A DNA stretch of 16,519 nt from Candidatus Eiseniibacteriota bacterium. GTDB lineage: Bacteria > Joyebacterota > Joyebacteria > Joyebacterales > Joyebacteraceae. The notes under the pieces are model-generated. The model was not told the DNA's origin. It did no database searches and saw only the letters and a program-made list of their open reading frames with translations. Positions 6,897-16,519 of the stretch are shown here, in pieces. Each line of letters begins with the position of its first letter. Within the stretch, counting starts at the first letter, position 1. The stretch covers positions 1-16,519 of the forward strand of contig JBDRFG010000137.1 in the NCBI GenBank assembly GCA_043819135.1, in the 5' to 3' direction. A program made the position numbers and the translations under genes.

Positions 6897-8268
6897 GAGC
6901 GCGCACGCGCCCCGCGAGTTTCCGTACAAACCCACCATACAACGCGAGGTCTTCGCGCCGGATGATGACGGTCTCTGCGAGGCCGCACCCGGAAAGCCGC
7001 GTGAAGAACGCGAGCATGAGCGCGCTCTGGAACGTGTAAGCGATGGTCGACGCCCACGCCGCGCCCTCGATGCCGTGCCCGGGTATCCACAGTAAGCAGA
7101 GTCCGGCGTTCGTTCCAAACGCAATGGCGGTCGCGATCGTCTGGTAGATGCGGCGATCCCTGCCGGAGAAGTACCCGGACAGCACTACAGCGATTGACAG
7201 CATGGCGACACCCGGTATTAGGACGCGGAGAGCTCGGAGCGCAGGTAGGAACTCTTCACCGTAGAAGAGGAGTATGAGCGACCGAGACAGGAAATACAGC
7301 ACGACGCCGGCCAGCAGGGTGACCGCAAACGCGTTCCTGGTAACGCGCGGCGTCAGCTCGTTCGCTTCTTCCTGCCCGACCGACGAGAGCCTTGGAAAGA
7401 GAACGACCTGAACTGAGTGCGGGATGTGGGACAGCTTCTCGGCCAGGAGGACCGCTATCGAGTACAGCCCCTGAGTGTGCAGACCCGCCATGGACAGGAT
7501 CAGGAACATGTCGAACCGGTACATGAACGTGACGAAGATGTTGCCGACATGCCCCTGCAGTCCGTACACGACTGACCTTCTGAACATCCCCGGCGGCGGG
7601 CGCTCGAACATTCGTTCGCCTCTGAGTTCGCGTCGCGCCACCAGTATCGCTACGACGGTCACGCAGAACTCGCTCGCGATGTAGGCCGTGAGCGCGCCCC
7701 GTGAACCACCGTGGAAGACGAAGAGGTTCAGGCACATCAGCGCGAGCAACACGCCCGCCTGCATCAGGTTGGCCAGGTTGAACCAGCGGATCCTGTGCAT
7801 GCCCAGCAGAAGCGCGACGGACAGATACTTGAGCAGGAGGATCGGGATCAGCACCGTCGCCAGGCGAAGCACCGACGCGAGGACCGGGTCCGACGCGCCG
7901 CCGTAGAATCGAAGGAAGACCAGGTAGCACGGGACCGCGACCGCACTGACCGCAAGGGTCATGAGCAGCCCCTGCCCGTTTATCTGACCGATGGAGTAGC
8001 GCTTCTGGGAGAGCAGATAGGTGTGGGACGAGTCGATGCCGAGAAGCCCGATGAAGGCAAAGAGCGCCGGGAACGTAACGGCTGATATGTAGGTTCCCTG
8101 GCCGTCCACGCCCAGAAGCCGCGCGATGAGAATGGACGTCGGGATATTGATGAGGACGATGCCAATGCGCGATGTGAACGTCATCAGGCTGTGCCTGAAG
8201 ACGGTTCGCGCCGAACTCTGGCCGTCCACGTGGTCCCGCAACCTCCACCCCCGTTCATCGTGACTCAC
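6892..8268 (-). CDS. Oligosaccharide/polysaccharide flippase (Wzx-like, MOP superfamily)
   Basis: 458 aa, highly hydrophobic, with 'ARLLGVDGQG.Y', 'YRFDMFLI', 'GLYSIAVLLAE', 'LFPRLS' and 'GIEGAAWASTIAY'. GTGA overlap with the upstream GT4 stop. Confidence 0.9.
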   Translation of the reverse strand: MSHDERGWRLRDHVDGQSSARTVFRHSLMTFTSRIGIVLINIPTSILIARLLGVDGQGTYISAVTFPALFAFIGLLGIDSSHTYLLSQKRYSIGQINGQGLLMTLAVSAVAVPCYLVFLRFYGGASDPVLASVLRLATVLIPILLLKYLSVALLLGMHRIRWFNLANLMQAGVLLALMCLNLFVFHGGSRGALTAYIASEFCVTVVAILVARRELRGERMFERPPPGMFRRSVVYGLQGHVGNIFVTFMYRFDMFLILSMAGLHTQGLYSIAVLLAEKLSHIPHSVQVVLFPRLSSVGQEEANELTPRVTRNAFAVTLLAGVVLYFLSRSLILLFYGEEFLPALRALRVLIPGVAMLSIAVVLSGYFSGRDRRIYQTIATAIAFGTNAGLCLLWIPGHGIEGAAWASTIAYTFQSALMLAFFTRLSGCGLAETVIIRREDLALYGGFVRKLAGRVRAR

Positions 8269-9545
8269 GTCCGTGATATTCCGGTGCTTCGGGTGGAGCG
8301 ATCACTCACGGCCCGCTCCATGACCTCGACCTCCATGGCCTGCCGTTCCTCCATGGTCGGGAATCGCTCGTCCATGCGGACCCGGGCCGCTTCTCCGAGC
8401 GTCCTCGCGCGAGCGTTGTCCCCCAGGAGCTCGAGCAGCACCCGGGGCAGGTCCGGCAGCTCCTCCAGCGACACCAGCACGCCGGTTCGACCCGCCTCCA
8501 CGAAGTCCGCGGTTCTGCCCGTGTTGAGAGCCACGACCGGCAGCGCCGACAGCATCGCCTCGTAGAGCGTGTTGAACGCGTTGGTCCGGTTCGAGAGCGT
8601 CACGAAGACGTCGGCCGAGGCGTAGACCCCCGGCAGTGCGTCGTGAGAAATGGCGCCGGTGAAGACGACATCACCGCTGATGCCGAGCTCGGCCGCAACA
8701 GCCTCGAGCCGGTCTCGATCCTCACCATCCCCGACGATCAGGAACGTGATGTCGGCGCGCTCGGAGAGTATGCCCGGCGCCGCGCGGAGCAGTCTGTCGA
8801 TGCGCTTCTCCTCGGAGAGCCGCGCCACGCTGAGCACGACCTTGTTTCCCTTCGGAATCCCGTACCTCATCGTTACCGACGGATCGCGTTCTGCGCCGAC
8901 AAACCTGTCTTTGTCGACGCCGTCGAGAAAGAACAGGAATCGGTCCATGTCGACACCGAGCATGGCCGCAAGCTCGTCACCGCAAGACCCGTCGTTGTGC
9001 ACGATCATGTAGTCAGACGGTGTCTTGAACGCCGCTATTTCCCTGTACCTCAGGATGAACCTGAGCGGGCTGGAACGGATGTCATCAATGTAGATCCCGA
9101 CGCCAAAGAACCGGCTGACGCACGGGACGCGGCGCATCCGGGACAAGATGAAAGCAGCGGGCGCCCCAAGTTCGCCCATGCCGAAGAAGGCGTCGGGCCG
9201 GATCCTCTTCGCGAGCGCCAGGCCGGCTGGAAGAACTCTGACGAACCAGTAGAGATAGGAGAGAAGCAGCTTGGCGTGGTGCACCAGCTTGTTGCTGCCG
9301 GGACTGGGCATGAAGTTCACTGCGCTCCTGAAGCGGTGGAGCGTGACGCCGTGGTAGTCCTCTTCGGAAACGCAGCCCGGGAGCCCGGGCATCAGCACGT
9401 GCATGTCGTGGCCGTGCTTCGGGAAGCTCGTGATGGAAAGGAAGAACGACGGCGCGCCCCGGCCCTCTCCCATCGACCAGAACTCGCGCCAGCTGTAGAT
9501 GGCCAGGACCGTGAGGGGCTGATGCTCCTGGGGCGTGTTTGTCAC
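8265..9545 (-). CDS. Glycosyltransferase family 4 (GT-B)
   Basis: 'VLSVARLSEEKRIDRLL', 'LIVGDG', 'VYASADVFV', 'EAMLSALPVV'. Start placed at GTG 9545 (GGAG upstream, and downstream of the promoter) rather than 9629. Confidence 0.9.
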   Translation of the reverse strand: MTNTPQEHQPLTVLAIYSWREFWSMGEGRGAPSFFLSITSFPKHGHDMHVLMPGLPGCVSEEDYHGVTLHRFRSAVNFMPSPGSNKLVHHAKLLLSYLYWFVRVLPAGLALAKRIRPDAFFGMGELGAPAAFILSRMRRVPCVSRFFGVGIYIDDIRSSPLRFILRYREIAAFKTPSDYMIVHNDGSCGDELAAMLGVDMDRFLFFLDGVDKDRFVGAERDPSVTMRYGIPKGNKVVLSVARLSEEKRIDRLLRAAPGILSERADITFLIVGDGEDRDRLEAVAAELGISGDVVFTGAISHDALPGVYASADVFVTLSNRTNAFNTLYEAMLSALPVVALNTGRTADFVEAGRTGVLVSLEELPDLPRVLLELLGDNARARTLGEAARVRMDERFPTMEERQAMEVEVMERAVSDRSTRSTGISRT

Positions 9546-9591
9546 TGGCTCGCTCCAATTACTGCGTGAATTCTGGCCACCGGGCTCGGTC

Positions 9592-9620
9592 AGGGTAGCA
9601 CGCCTCACGGCCGGCGGCAA
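9592..9620 (-). promoter_or_regulatory. Putative sigma70 promoter for the GT4-flippase operon
   Basis: TTGCCG (9620-9615), 17 nt spacer ending TGC, TACCCT (9597-9592). Confidence 0.5.
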
Positions 9621-9649
9621 CACCGGCAACCCATGCCGGTAACCGCGCT

Positions 9650-9678
9650 TTGACTTCGGCGGACAACGAGGCTAGCAT
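9650..9678 (+). promoter_or_regulatory. Putative sigma70 promoter for the EamA gene (divergent pair)
   Basis: TTGACT (9650-9655), 17 nt spacer, TAGCAT (9673-9678). Confidence 0.6.
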
Positions 9679-9740
9679 CGCCGGAGCTGTCCGACGGTAG
9701 TCTCGGACACGAGCAGACAGCCCCGAGAAGAGGCAACGTC

Positions 9741-10356
9741 GTGAACTGGGTTCCCATGGCGATAGTGACCGCGATCGGATTTGCCTCGGCCGGCAGCTAC
9801 GCGAAAGCGCTGTCGAAGAGGACGCGCGTTTACGTGGTCACGTGGGCGTTCATTGCGCTGTCGGCGCCGTGGACGGCCCTGGCATTGATGCGGCAGGGCA
9901 TGCCCCCGCTCGGCGACAAGTTCCTTCGCGCCGCTCAAGGCGATAGCATCTGAGAAGGGAAGCCTCCTGACGCTCGTCGTCGCCATCTGGAGCATCTCAG
10001 CCGTCTTCGACAAGGTCGCGACCGTCGAGAGTTCGCCGGTCTTCTACACCACGTTCTTCGCGCTCGCGTACGCGCCGTTCGTCGTCTTCGGCGTGAGGAA
10101 GAGCTCCCCGGACCTGGTGACCTGGCCGCGGCTCCTGCTGCTTGGACTCTTCACTGCGATCATGATACTGAGCCAGTTCACGGCCATTGAAATGACGGTC
10201 GCCAGCTACGTCATCGCCATCAAGCGCGCGGGCATGGTGCTGTCGGTCGTGTTCGGGTACTTCTTCTTCAAAGAGAGACACCCGCGAGCCAGGCTCACAG
10301 GTGCGCTGCTGATGACTGCCGGAGTGATCGTTCTGTCGCTGCAGGGTGGACCCTAG
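9741..10356 (+). pseudogene. EamA/DMT family transporter with internal deletion and frameshift
   Basis: Frame 1: MNWVPMAIVTAIGFA...PLGDKFLRAA, then stop at 9953. Frame 2 from 9928: APLKAIASEKGSLLTLVVAIWSISAVFDKVATVESSPVFY...VASYVIAIKRAGMVLSVVFGYFFFKERHPRARLTGALLM. Combined length is about 207 codons, versus about 290 for a two-repeat EamA. Confidence 0.8.
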
Positions 10357-13300
10357 GTGTCCCCGTCACCGGATCGACCGGCGGCCTCTCCCAGCCCCAG
10401 CCCCGTGAAGCGCGACAGGTCCCCCGACCGCCCCGATTCGCCCAGGATCTCGGCCGAGGTCCGGATGTCGCTCGCGATGTCCGGACGCGAGAGGAACGAG
10501 GGTCCCGCGTCGCCAAGCTCGCGGACGAGTCCCACCGCCGCGTCCAGGCAGCAGGCGGCGTTCTCTGCCGAGTCGCTCTCTCCGCGGGATATGCGAGCCA
10601 GCAGGCAGCGGCACCTGAGAAGCAGCTCCCGCTCCCCCATGGACCAGGCCATGTCACAAGCGGTCACGGCCGCCTCCCTCGCTCCCGCGCGGTCGCCGCT
10701 CTCGAGAAGCGTCTGGGCGCGGTAGAACTCGGCGGCGCCCAGAACGGATTCCAGGCCCAGTGAGCGCGCCTCCTCGACCACACCGTCGAGCACGGCGGTC
10801 GACTCGTCGAGCTTGCCCTCGCGGCGAAGTGCCCGTCCGAGTTCCGACGCGACCTGCAGGAGCGTGATGCGGCCGCCGCTTGACTCCGCGTGCGTCCGCG
10901 CCTTCTCGAGGTCGGTCACAACGGAATCGGAACCCGCCAGGTTCCCCATGGTTCCACGGGCCAGAAGCGCGTCCGCAATCAGCTCTTCGTTGCCGATCTC
11001 GTCGGCCATCTCGAGGGCACGCGCCACCGTGTCGGCCGCGATGTCGCAGTTCCCCAGCGAGCATTCGAGCTTGGAGCGCGCGGCCAGCGACCAGGCGACG
11101 CCGTTCTTGTCGCCGAGTTCCTCGAAGATGCCGAAGGCCTCTTCTTGGGATTCGAGGGCGGCCTGGTATCTCCCCTGCAGCGCCATCACCGTTGCCATGT
11201 AGCCGCGCGTCTCCGCTTCGCCGCTGCGCCATCCGATCTCTTTGGAGATCTTCAGAGCCTCGAGATATCTGGCCATCGCCTTGTCGTGGCGACCCCGCAG
11301 GCGTTCGATGTTCCCCAGGTAGTTGAGCGATATCGCGATGCCCTTCTTCTCACCCAGCTGCCTGCGCGCCTCGAGGGCTCGCTGGAAGTAGACCCCTGCG
11401 TCGTCGACCTTTCCCTGGATCAGGTACACGTTGCCGATGTCGTTCAGGCAGAGTATCTCGGCCATGCGGTCGCCCAGGCCCGACTCGACCTTGAGTGCCT
11501 TCTTGTAGCTCTCGAGCGCCTCGTCCAGCGACCCGCGCTCCTCGTAGGCGGTCCCCATGTTGATCATGTTCTCCGCCGTCCCGCGGACATCGCCCAGCTC
11601 TCTGCTGATGTCGATGGCCGCCTCGTAGGTCTCGATACACTTCTCGTAGTCGCCCCTGACCTGATAGACGACGGCCATGTTCGAGAGAGTCGCGCTCTCC
11701 CCGCGACGGTCTCCTATCTGTCGCTTGATCTCGAGCGACTCGAGGTAGTGCTTGAGCGCCTCGTCGTATCTGTCCAGGTAGTAGTCGGCCAGACCGATCG
11801 CGTTCAGGACAGTTGCGCGTCCCTCATCGTTACCGAGGAGAGTGTTGAGCGAAAGCGCCCGGTATAGGTATTCCAGCGCCTCCTGGCCGCTGCCCTTCTT
11901 GATGTTGACGCGCCCCATGGCGAACAGCGCCGTGACGAACTTGGGGTCCAGCTCGATGATCCGCTCGAGGTTTCTGATGGCGCCGTCCCAGTCGCCCTTC
12001 ATCTCGTAGGCCTGGGCCAGCTCGTAGACGGCACTCAGGTTGTTTGGCAGTAGCTGGACCAGGAGCTCGAACGCCTCGATCGCACGGTCGATCTCACCGG
12101 CCACCATCGCTTCCCTGGCGGTGATGAAGAGCGAGTCCGCGCGGGTGAGGCCGTCTCCTCGCCGCGCGGCGTTGCCGAGGGCGTCGCGCGCCTCCTCCAC
12201 CCTGCCCGAGTTCGAGAGCGCTTCGCCCAGATAGGTGTAGGCGAGCGCGAAGTCCGGGTCGCGCTCGACGGCCTCAGAGAGAAGAGTGATGGCCTCTAGG
12301 TTGTTCCCCTCGTAGAGCTTCGCAAGGCCGTCGACGTACGCCCTGATCGCCTCTGGCTTCTCCGAGCCCTTCTCTCCGACCATCGTGACGACCAGGTCTC
12401 GCGCGCCCTCGCTCTGGATCGTGCGTCGAACCTGGGCCGCGAGGTGAGCCACGACCTGCAACAGCTCGGCCTCCGTCGAGGCCTCGGCCTTCTCGTGCAC
12501 GTCTTCGCCCGTGGAGGGTCGCCGTATCGAGACGTCGACCCGCGCCGCGGGACCGAGCTTGACGAAGCTGCCGCTGACGATCGTGTCGACGTTGAGAAAC
12601 TCGCCGATCGACCGGAGCGCCATCTCGTCGAGCGCGGAGTCGGGACGCAGCTTGAGGTCCGCCATCAGCGTCGTCAGACGGTCGGCCGGCACGACGCGCA
12701 ACGTCGGGACCTGCGAGAGGTCGCTTCCCAGCATCACCTGAAGGCCCGACTGCATCCAGTCGGCTTCGGGATTGCCGGTCATGTTCCTGAAGGGAAGCAC
12801 GACGATCGAGTGCTGTGGGTCTATCCAGGTGGTCTCCTGGAGCGGCTTGTCAACGACCCCGGTGGCGGTCCGCCACGCGGTCTGTGCCAGCGAACCGAGT
12901 TGGGTCCCCAGCACCGAGGATGCCGGCGCACCGAACTTCTCAAGCTCCGCGGCCACCGCGCCGCAATCGTCGAATCGGTCGGCGGCCTTCTTCGCGAGGG
13001 AGCGCGCGACGATCGCCTGATACTCCCGCGGCACTCCGGCGTCGTCCGGTATCGGAGCGGGTGGAGTGTTGACGACCGCGTATAGAACCTCCACGTGGGT
13101 CTCCCCTGGGAAGGCCGGCCGGCCTGTTGCCATCTCGTAGAACACCGCACCGGAGGCGAAGACGTCCGCCCTCGCATCGACGGGCGTGCCTCGCGCCTGC
13201 TCGGGAGACATGTAGCGCGCCGTCCCCATCACGGCGCCTTCACGGGTGAGTGACATGGCCTGCGTCGCGTCGGAGCTCTCCGACTGCTGAAGCAGCTTGG

Positions 13301-13757
13301 CCAGGCCGAAATCGAGTATCTTGACCAAGCCGTCCGGCCTGACGACGATGTTCTCGGGTTTGATGTCGCGGTGCACGATGCCCAGCTCGTGGGCCTTACC
13401 GAGGGCGCGGGCGATCTGTCTGGAGAGGTCGAGAATCTCGCCGAACGACGGGATGCCGGCGGATATCCTCGCGCGCAGCGTCTCGCCATCGACGAGTTCC
13501 ATGGCGATGAACGTCATGCCGTCGACTTCATCGATCTCGTAGATGGTGGCGATGTTGGGATGATTGATGGCGGACGCGGCCTGCGCCTCACGGATGAATC
13601 GCTGGACACGCTCGTGGTCGGAGGCGACGTCTTGCGCCAGAACCTTGAGCGCGACACGCCGGCCCAGCTTCGTGTCCTCGGCGGCGTAGACGATGCCCAT
13701 GCCGCCCCGGCCGAGTTCTTCGATGACGCGGTAGTGAGAGATCGTTTTGTCTACCAT
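10353..13757 (-). CDS. Serine/threonine protein kinase with TolB_N-like domain and multiple TPRs
   Basis: Intact Hanks motifs [21 protein letters not shown] and YMSPEQ. 'SIVVLPFRN' domain follows, then a long TPR array. ATG 13757 preferred; GTG 13772 possible. Confidence 0.95.
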   Translation of the reverse strand: MVDKTISHYRVIEELGRGGMGIVYAAEDTKLGRRVALKVLAQDVASDHERVQRFIREAQAASAINHPNIATIYEIDEVDGMTFIAMELVDGETLRARISAGIPSFGEILDLSRQIARALGKAHELGIVHRDIKPENIVVRPDGLVKILDFGLAKLLQQSESSDATQAMSLTREGAVMGTARYMSPEQARGTPVDARADVFASGAVFYEMATGRPAFPGETHVEVLYAVVNTPPAPIPDDAGVPREYQAIVARSLAKKAADRFDDCGAVAAELEKFGAPASSVLGTQLGSLAQTAWRTATGVVDKPLQETTWIDPQHSIVVLPFRNMTGNPEADWMQSGLQVMLGSDLSQVPTLRVVPADRLTTLMADLKLRPDSALDEMALRSIGEFLNVDTIVSGSFVKLGPAARVDVSIRRPSTGEDVHEKAEASTEAELLQVVAHLAAQVRRTIQSEGARDLVVTMVGEKGSEKPEAIRAYVDGLAKLYEGNNLEAITLLSEAVERDPDFALAYTYLGEALSNSGRVEEARDALGNAARRGDGLTRADSLFITAREAMVAGEIDRAIEAFELLVQLLPNNLSAVYELAQAYEMKGDWDGAIRNLERIIELDPKFVTALFAMGRVNIKKGSGQEALEYLYRALSLNTLLGNDEGRATVLNAIGLADYYLDRYDEALKHYLESLEIKRQIGDRRGESATLSNMAVVYQVRGDYEKCIETYEAAIDISRELGDVRGTAENMINMGTAYEERGSLDEALESYKKALKVESGLGDRMAEILCLNDIGNVYLIQGKVDDAGVYFQRALEARRQLGEKKGIAISLNYLGNIERLRGRHDKAMARYLEALKISKEIGWRSGEAETRGYMATVMALQGRYQAALESQEEAFGIFEELGDKNGVAWSLAARSKLECSLGNCDIAADTVARALEMADEIGNEELIADALLARGTMGNLAGSDSVVTDLEKARTHAESSGGRITLLQVASELGRALRREGKLDESTAVLDGVVEEARSLGLESVLGAAEFYRAQTLLESGDRAGAREAAVTACDMAWSMGERELLLRCRCLLARISRGESDSAENAACCLDAAVGLVRELGDAGPSFLSRPDIASDIRTSAEILGESGRSGDLSRFTGLGLGEAAGRSGDGDT

Positions 13758-13903
13758 GCTGTCCCGTATCACGCCTGGATTCGAGTCTGAGAAGGCGTCC
13801 GCCGCTGAGTATTGGTCACCGGCGCCGAGCTTCAGGCTACCAGATGCGCGGCGTCCTGACCACCCGGTTCCTGAGACGGGGGCGTGAGCGCCCGGTACGT
13901 AGC

Positions 13904-13954
13904 GAGACCGGCGGGAGAGCTGCCCTCGAACGACAGTGCTCCCACGCCGGTCTC
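13904..13954 (-). terminator. Long imperfect hairpin downstream of the secreted-protein gene
   Basis: GAGACCGGCG (13904-13913) pairs with CGCCGGTCTC (13945-13954), with further inner pairing. No clear U-tract. Confidence 0.55.
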
Positions 13955-13983
13955 CAATCAGCCCATAGCTCGGCTGCCTTCGT

Positions 13984-15927
13984 CTAGCGTATGAAGGCGA
14001 CCTTCGACGTCAGGACCTCACTCGCGGACTCCACGCGCGCGAAGTAGACGCCCGACGCGATCGGTCGGCCCGTCTCGTCGATGCCGTTCCACACTATCGT
14101 TTCACCACCCTCGGGCAACCGGCCCTCGTAGACGGTCGCCACGAGCCTTCCGGACACGCTGTATATGCGAGCCGCAACCTCGGTGCCAATGGGGCCCGAC
14201 AGAGCGAGTCTGCACTCACCGCGAGCCGGGCTCGTGATCGCGAGCGATATTGACGAGAACGCGTCGATCCCGGTGAGAGACCCCCCGCTCTCCAGTCCGA
14301 TGCTGTACATCAGCGTCTTCGAGTGAGCCAGAAGATGAGCGACCATGTTGCCGAGAGGATCATCGGAGCTGTCGGGGATGCACCAGCCGGCGTGGCTCCG
14401 GATCAACCCGTTCATGACGGCAAGCTCGGAGAGGGCGTTCGTGTACTGGCCCGCGCCGTAGTAGTCGCTGGCGCTCTTCTGGTACTTCTGCAGCCACTTG
14501 ATGAACTCCCAGGGGCACGGGTCGCCGCCGGGCATGTTGTCCGGGACGTCCATGGCGAGCTCGAGTCGCCAGAACTTGTAGGCCGTGACCTCGGGCAGCG
14601 TTCTGTCGTCCTCGACCAGCACGACCTCAGTCGGGCCGGTCTCGACCCTCTTGCCGCTCGTCGGCAGCTCGCTGAAGCGCGGAATAGTGCCGCGCGCATC
14701 CTCTATGCTCCCGACGACCGTGAAGTCGCGGAACGTGTCCCCCACGCCGCTCGCATAGAACAGGCGAGACCCCTCCTCGATAACGTCGACCTGGATGAGG
14801 CCCTCGTAGACCGCGTCCGTGGACAGGCCAACGTAGGAGAAGGCGGAGGCCCTCCCCGATCCCGGGAGCTGAGCGTCGGCAGGCAGGTAGTTGCCCTCGG
14901 GGCTGACTCTGGACGTCGTTACTTCTACGACGGCCGTCGTGAATCCCGAAGACGTGACCGATTCGTAGGTCACCTCGATGTTCTTCCCAGGCTTCACGAG
15001 GACATCCTCACCCTCGGGCGTCGGAGTGAACCCCGCCACTCCGATGGCGCCGAGGCTGACTATCCCGACGCCGAACGGATACCCAATCTGGTAGCCGTCC
15101 GAGCTGTAGCGCTCGACACGGTCCGTCTGGGAGTTGGCCAGGTAGATGATCCCGTTGGCGTCGATCTCGATGTCAGTGTAGCCCGGGTTGGATGCGGCCC
15201 CGAACCCCCAGACGTAGCCGTAATCCTCATCCACATAGAAGAGCCCGTCGCTCCAGTCCACCAAGATGATCCCGCCGTCAGGGTTGATGGCGATCCCGGT
15301 GACATCAACTGGCATCATCCCAGAGTCGGCCACGAGACCGTAGTAGAGAAAACTGTCGGCCTCGGTGCGCTCGATCTCGATGATCGAGTAGCCGTCGTCG
15401 CCAACCAGGGCAACGATGTTGCCGGCCTTGGGACCTGAGGGGCGGACGGCGATGTCCACGACATCCGGTTGGATGAACTCGTAGACCGCTTCCGCGGGAC
15501 CCACTCCACCGCTGAGGAGACCGAGCCAGGAACCGTCTGGGTTCTCCCGTGTGCCGTCGGCGCCCTTCCAGTTCTGCTGCTTCACAACGTAGATGTCATC
15601 TCCCAGGTCCACTGCCACCGCACCGGCTATGTGACCCGAGACATCCGCATCGAGCACCTCGACGACCTGCGTATCTACGTCGAACCTGAGAAGGTCGTCA
15701 TCTCCGTCGGAGGACGACAGAAGCAAGCGTCCCTCGTGGTCGAGGGCCATGTCGATGACGTTGGGAATGAGCGTGCAGGGATTGACGACGGTCCCGATTG
15801 TGTCCTGGAAGCTGAGAACGTTGCCGGGATAGTCCTCCCCCGCGAACACCTGGGCCGCCGACTCGGCGGGTCCGATGGCCAGTGTCGCGGTCAGGAGCAG
15901 CAGCGCCATCGTGTGGCAGTGTCGCAT
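13984..15927 (-). CDS. Secreted protein: signal peptide, NHL-like beta-propeller, uncharacterised beta domain, helical domain, C-terminal FlgD-Ig/T9SS-like domain
   Basis: AAGGAG before ATG 15927, signal 'MALLLLTATLAIGPAESAA', repeats 'GIAINPDG' and 'DIEIDANGIIYLANSQTDRVERY', and C-terminus 'IYSVSGRLVATV...WNGIDETGRPIASGVYFARV'. Confidence 0.85.
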   Translation of the reverse strand: MRHCHTMALLLLTATLAIGPAESAAQVFAGEDYPGNVLSFQDTIGTVVNPCTLIPNVIDMALDHEGRLLLSSSDGDDDLLRFDVDTQVVEVLDADVSGHIAGAVAVDLGDDIYVVKQQNWKGADGTRENPDGSWLGLLSGGVGPAEAVYEFIQPDVVDIAVRPSGPKAGNIVALVGDDGYSIIEIERTEADSFLYYGLVADSGMMPVDVTGIAINPDGGIILVDWSDGLFYVDEDYGYVWGFGAASNPGYTDIEIDANGIIYLANSQTDRVERYSSDGYQIGYPFGVGIVSLGAIGVAGFTPTPEGEDVLVKPGKNIEVTYESVTSSGFTTAVVEVTTSRVSPEGNYLPADAQLPGSGRASAFSYVGLSTDAVYEGLIQVDVIEEGSRLFYASGVGDTFRDFTVVGSIEDARGTIPRFSELPTSGKRVETGPTEVVLVEDDRTLPEVTAYKFWRLELAMDVPDNMPGGDPCPWEFIKWLQKYQKSASDYYGAGQYTNALSELAVMNGLIRSHAGWCIPDSSDDPLGNMVAHLLAHSKTLMYSIGLESGGSLTGIDAFSSISLAITSPARGECRLALSGPIGTEVAARIYSVSGRLVATVYEGRLPEGGETIVWNGIDETGRPIASGVYFARVESASEVLTSKVAFIR

Positions 15928-16066
15928 CTCCATCTCCTTTCGCCCGGCGTGCACCGCGGCGCCACCTCTCGCAACGGGATGTCTGCCTAGAGGTACCATG
16001 CAGAACGGCACGCAGATTTGGGGCGGCGTGCGCGAGCCATGAATCTCGATTCTGTGATGTGTGGCA

Positions 16067-16095
16067 ATAGTAGGTCAATTCTCTGCGTGTGTCAA
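16067..16095 (-). promoter_or_regulatory. Near-consensus sigma70 promoter
   Basis: TTGACA (16095-16090), 17 nt spacer, TACTAT (16072-16067), in an AT-rich patch. Confidence 0.75.
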
Positions 16096-16115
16096 TGATT
16101 TACAGTCAGAACGCC

Positions 16116-16147
16116 TCGAGGGGAACGTCCATCGGCGTCCCCCTCGA
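16116..16147. terminator. Stem-loop, possible terminator
   Basis: TCGAGGGG...CCCCTCGA with inner pairing, downstream of the 16249 stop. Confidence 0.5.
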
Positions 16148-16222
16148 TACTCGTATCTCTAGTCCCGGCGGCGGATTTCACGCAAGTGCAGACTCGCGCC
16201 TGCCCACCGGCCGCTGCTGCAA

Positions 16223-16243
16223 CCGCGGCGGAATCCGCCGCGG
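16223..16243. repeat. GC-rich inverted repeat right after the stop codon
   Basis: CCGCGGCGGA-A-TCCGCCGCGG. Confidence 0.55.
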
Positions 16244-16248
16244 CGGCG

Positions 16249-16519
16249 CTATTTCAGCATGACCATCTTGCGCTCGATGCTGGTCCCGTCGACCTCGAGA
16301 CGGTAGAAGTAGACGCCGGAGCCTACCTCGCGCCCGCCGTCGTCAAGACCACGCCACACGGCGAGATGCTCTCCCCCGCTCCTGTAGGCATCGACCAGCG
16401 TCCGCACCACGCGGCCGGACAGGTCGTAGACGCACAGGCTCACGCGGCTGCCAGGAGACGGAACCCGGTACTGGATCGCCGTCGACGGGTTGAACGGGTT
16501 CGGGAAGTTCGGGCTCAGA
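16249..16519 (-). CDS. C-terminal FlgD-Ig/T9SS type A sorting-like domain of a secreted protein (5' part outside the window)
   Basis: Frame is open to the edge: LSPNFPNPFNPSTAIQYRVP...VYDLSGRVVRTLVD...WRGLDDGGREVGSGVYFYRL...RKMVMLK*. Confidence 0.92.
   Translation of the reverse strand, partial: LSPNFPNPFNPSTAIQYRVPSPGSRVSLCVYDLSGRVVRTLVDAYRSGGEHLAVWRGLDDGGREVGSGVYFYRLEVDGTSIERKMVMLK

Noticed and set aside
6737..7090. 117-aa minus-strand ORF as a real gene
   Set aside because: Its 5' half is an alternative frame of the flippase. Only the part downstream of core 3 is meaningful, as a tail relic.
10353..13757. Kinase-TPR protein as part of a novel defence system
   Set aside because: This architecture is common and multi-copy in such lineages, and there are no neighbouring defence-type genes.
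544..15990. Long antisense or alternative-frame ORFs (e.g. 544-1404, 4871-5761, 7256-8248, 8643-9569, 10890-11867, 14323-15438)
   Set aside because: Shadow ORFs overlapping well-supported genes, expected in high-GC DNA, with no recognisable motifs.
15928..16060. Known riboswitch in the leader of the secreted protein
   Set aside because: I could not identify the conserved motifs of c-di-GMP, cobalamin, TPP or SAM riboswitches by eye; an Rfam search would settle it.

Overview
GC-rich bacterial window. The FlgD-Ig/T9SS-like C-terminal domains and the kinase-TolB_N-TPR architecture suggest a lineage such as Eisenbacteria, Latescibacterota or Krumholzibacteriota (inference only). Almost all real genes are on the minus strand: a partial GT4 glycosyltransferase (left edge), a GT-C membrane glycosyltransferase preceded by a 56-aa membrane peptide, a fused MFS-like/spermidine-synthase protein, a GT4 + Wzx-type flippase pair, a Ser/Thr kinase with TPRs, and two secreted proteins with FlgD-Ig-type tails. 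The one plus-strand gene is an internally deleted EamA transporter. The main unannotated signal is in the left 7 kb. Three copies of a tRNA-iMet-3'-end-like sequence (CCCCCGCTACC at 527, 3561 and 6886, spaced 3034 and 3325 bp) each have dyad symmetry around a central CC. Read on the minus strand, each opens a short 'VAG(A/V)' peptide tail, and one is fused in frame to a probable large-serine-recombinase C-terminal relic. A fourth, core-less tail relic at 6762-6798 is 30/37 identical to 483-519. Each site is followed by a sigma70-like promoter and cargo genes, giving a cassette-like tandem array of decayed integrative elements whose att site lies inside the recombinase gene. No intact tRNA or intact recombinase is in the window, so the mechanism is inferred.
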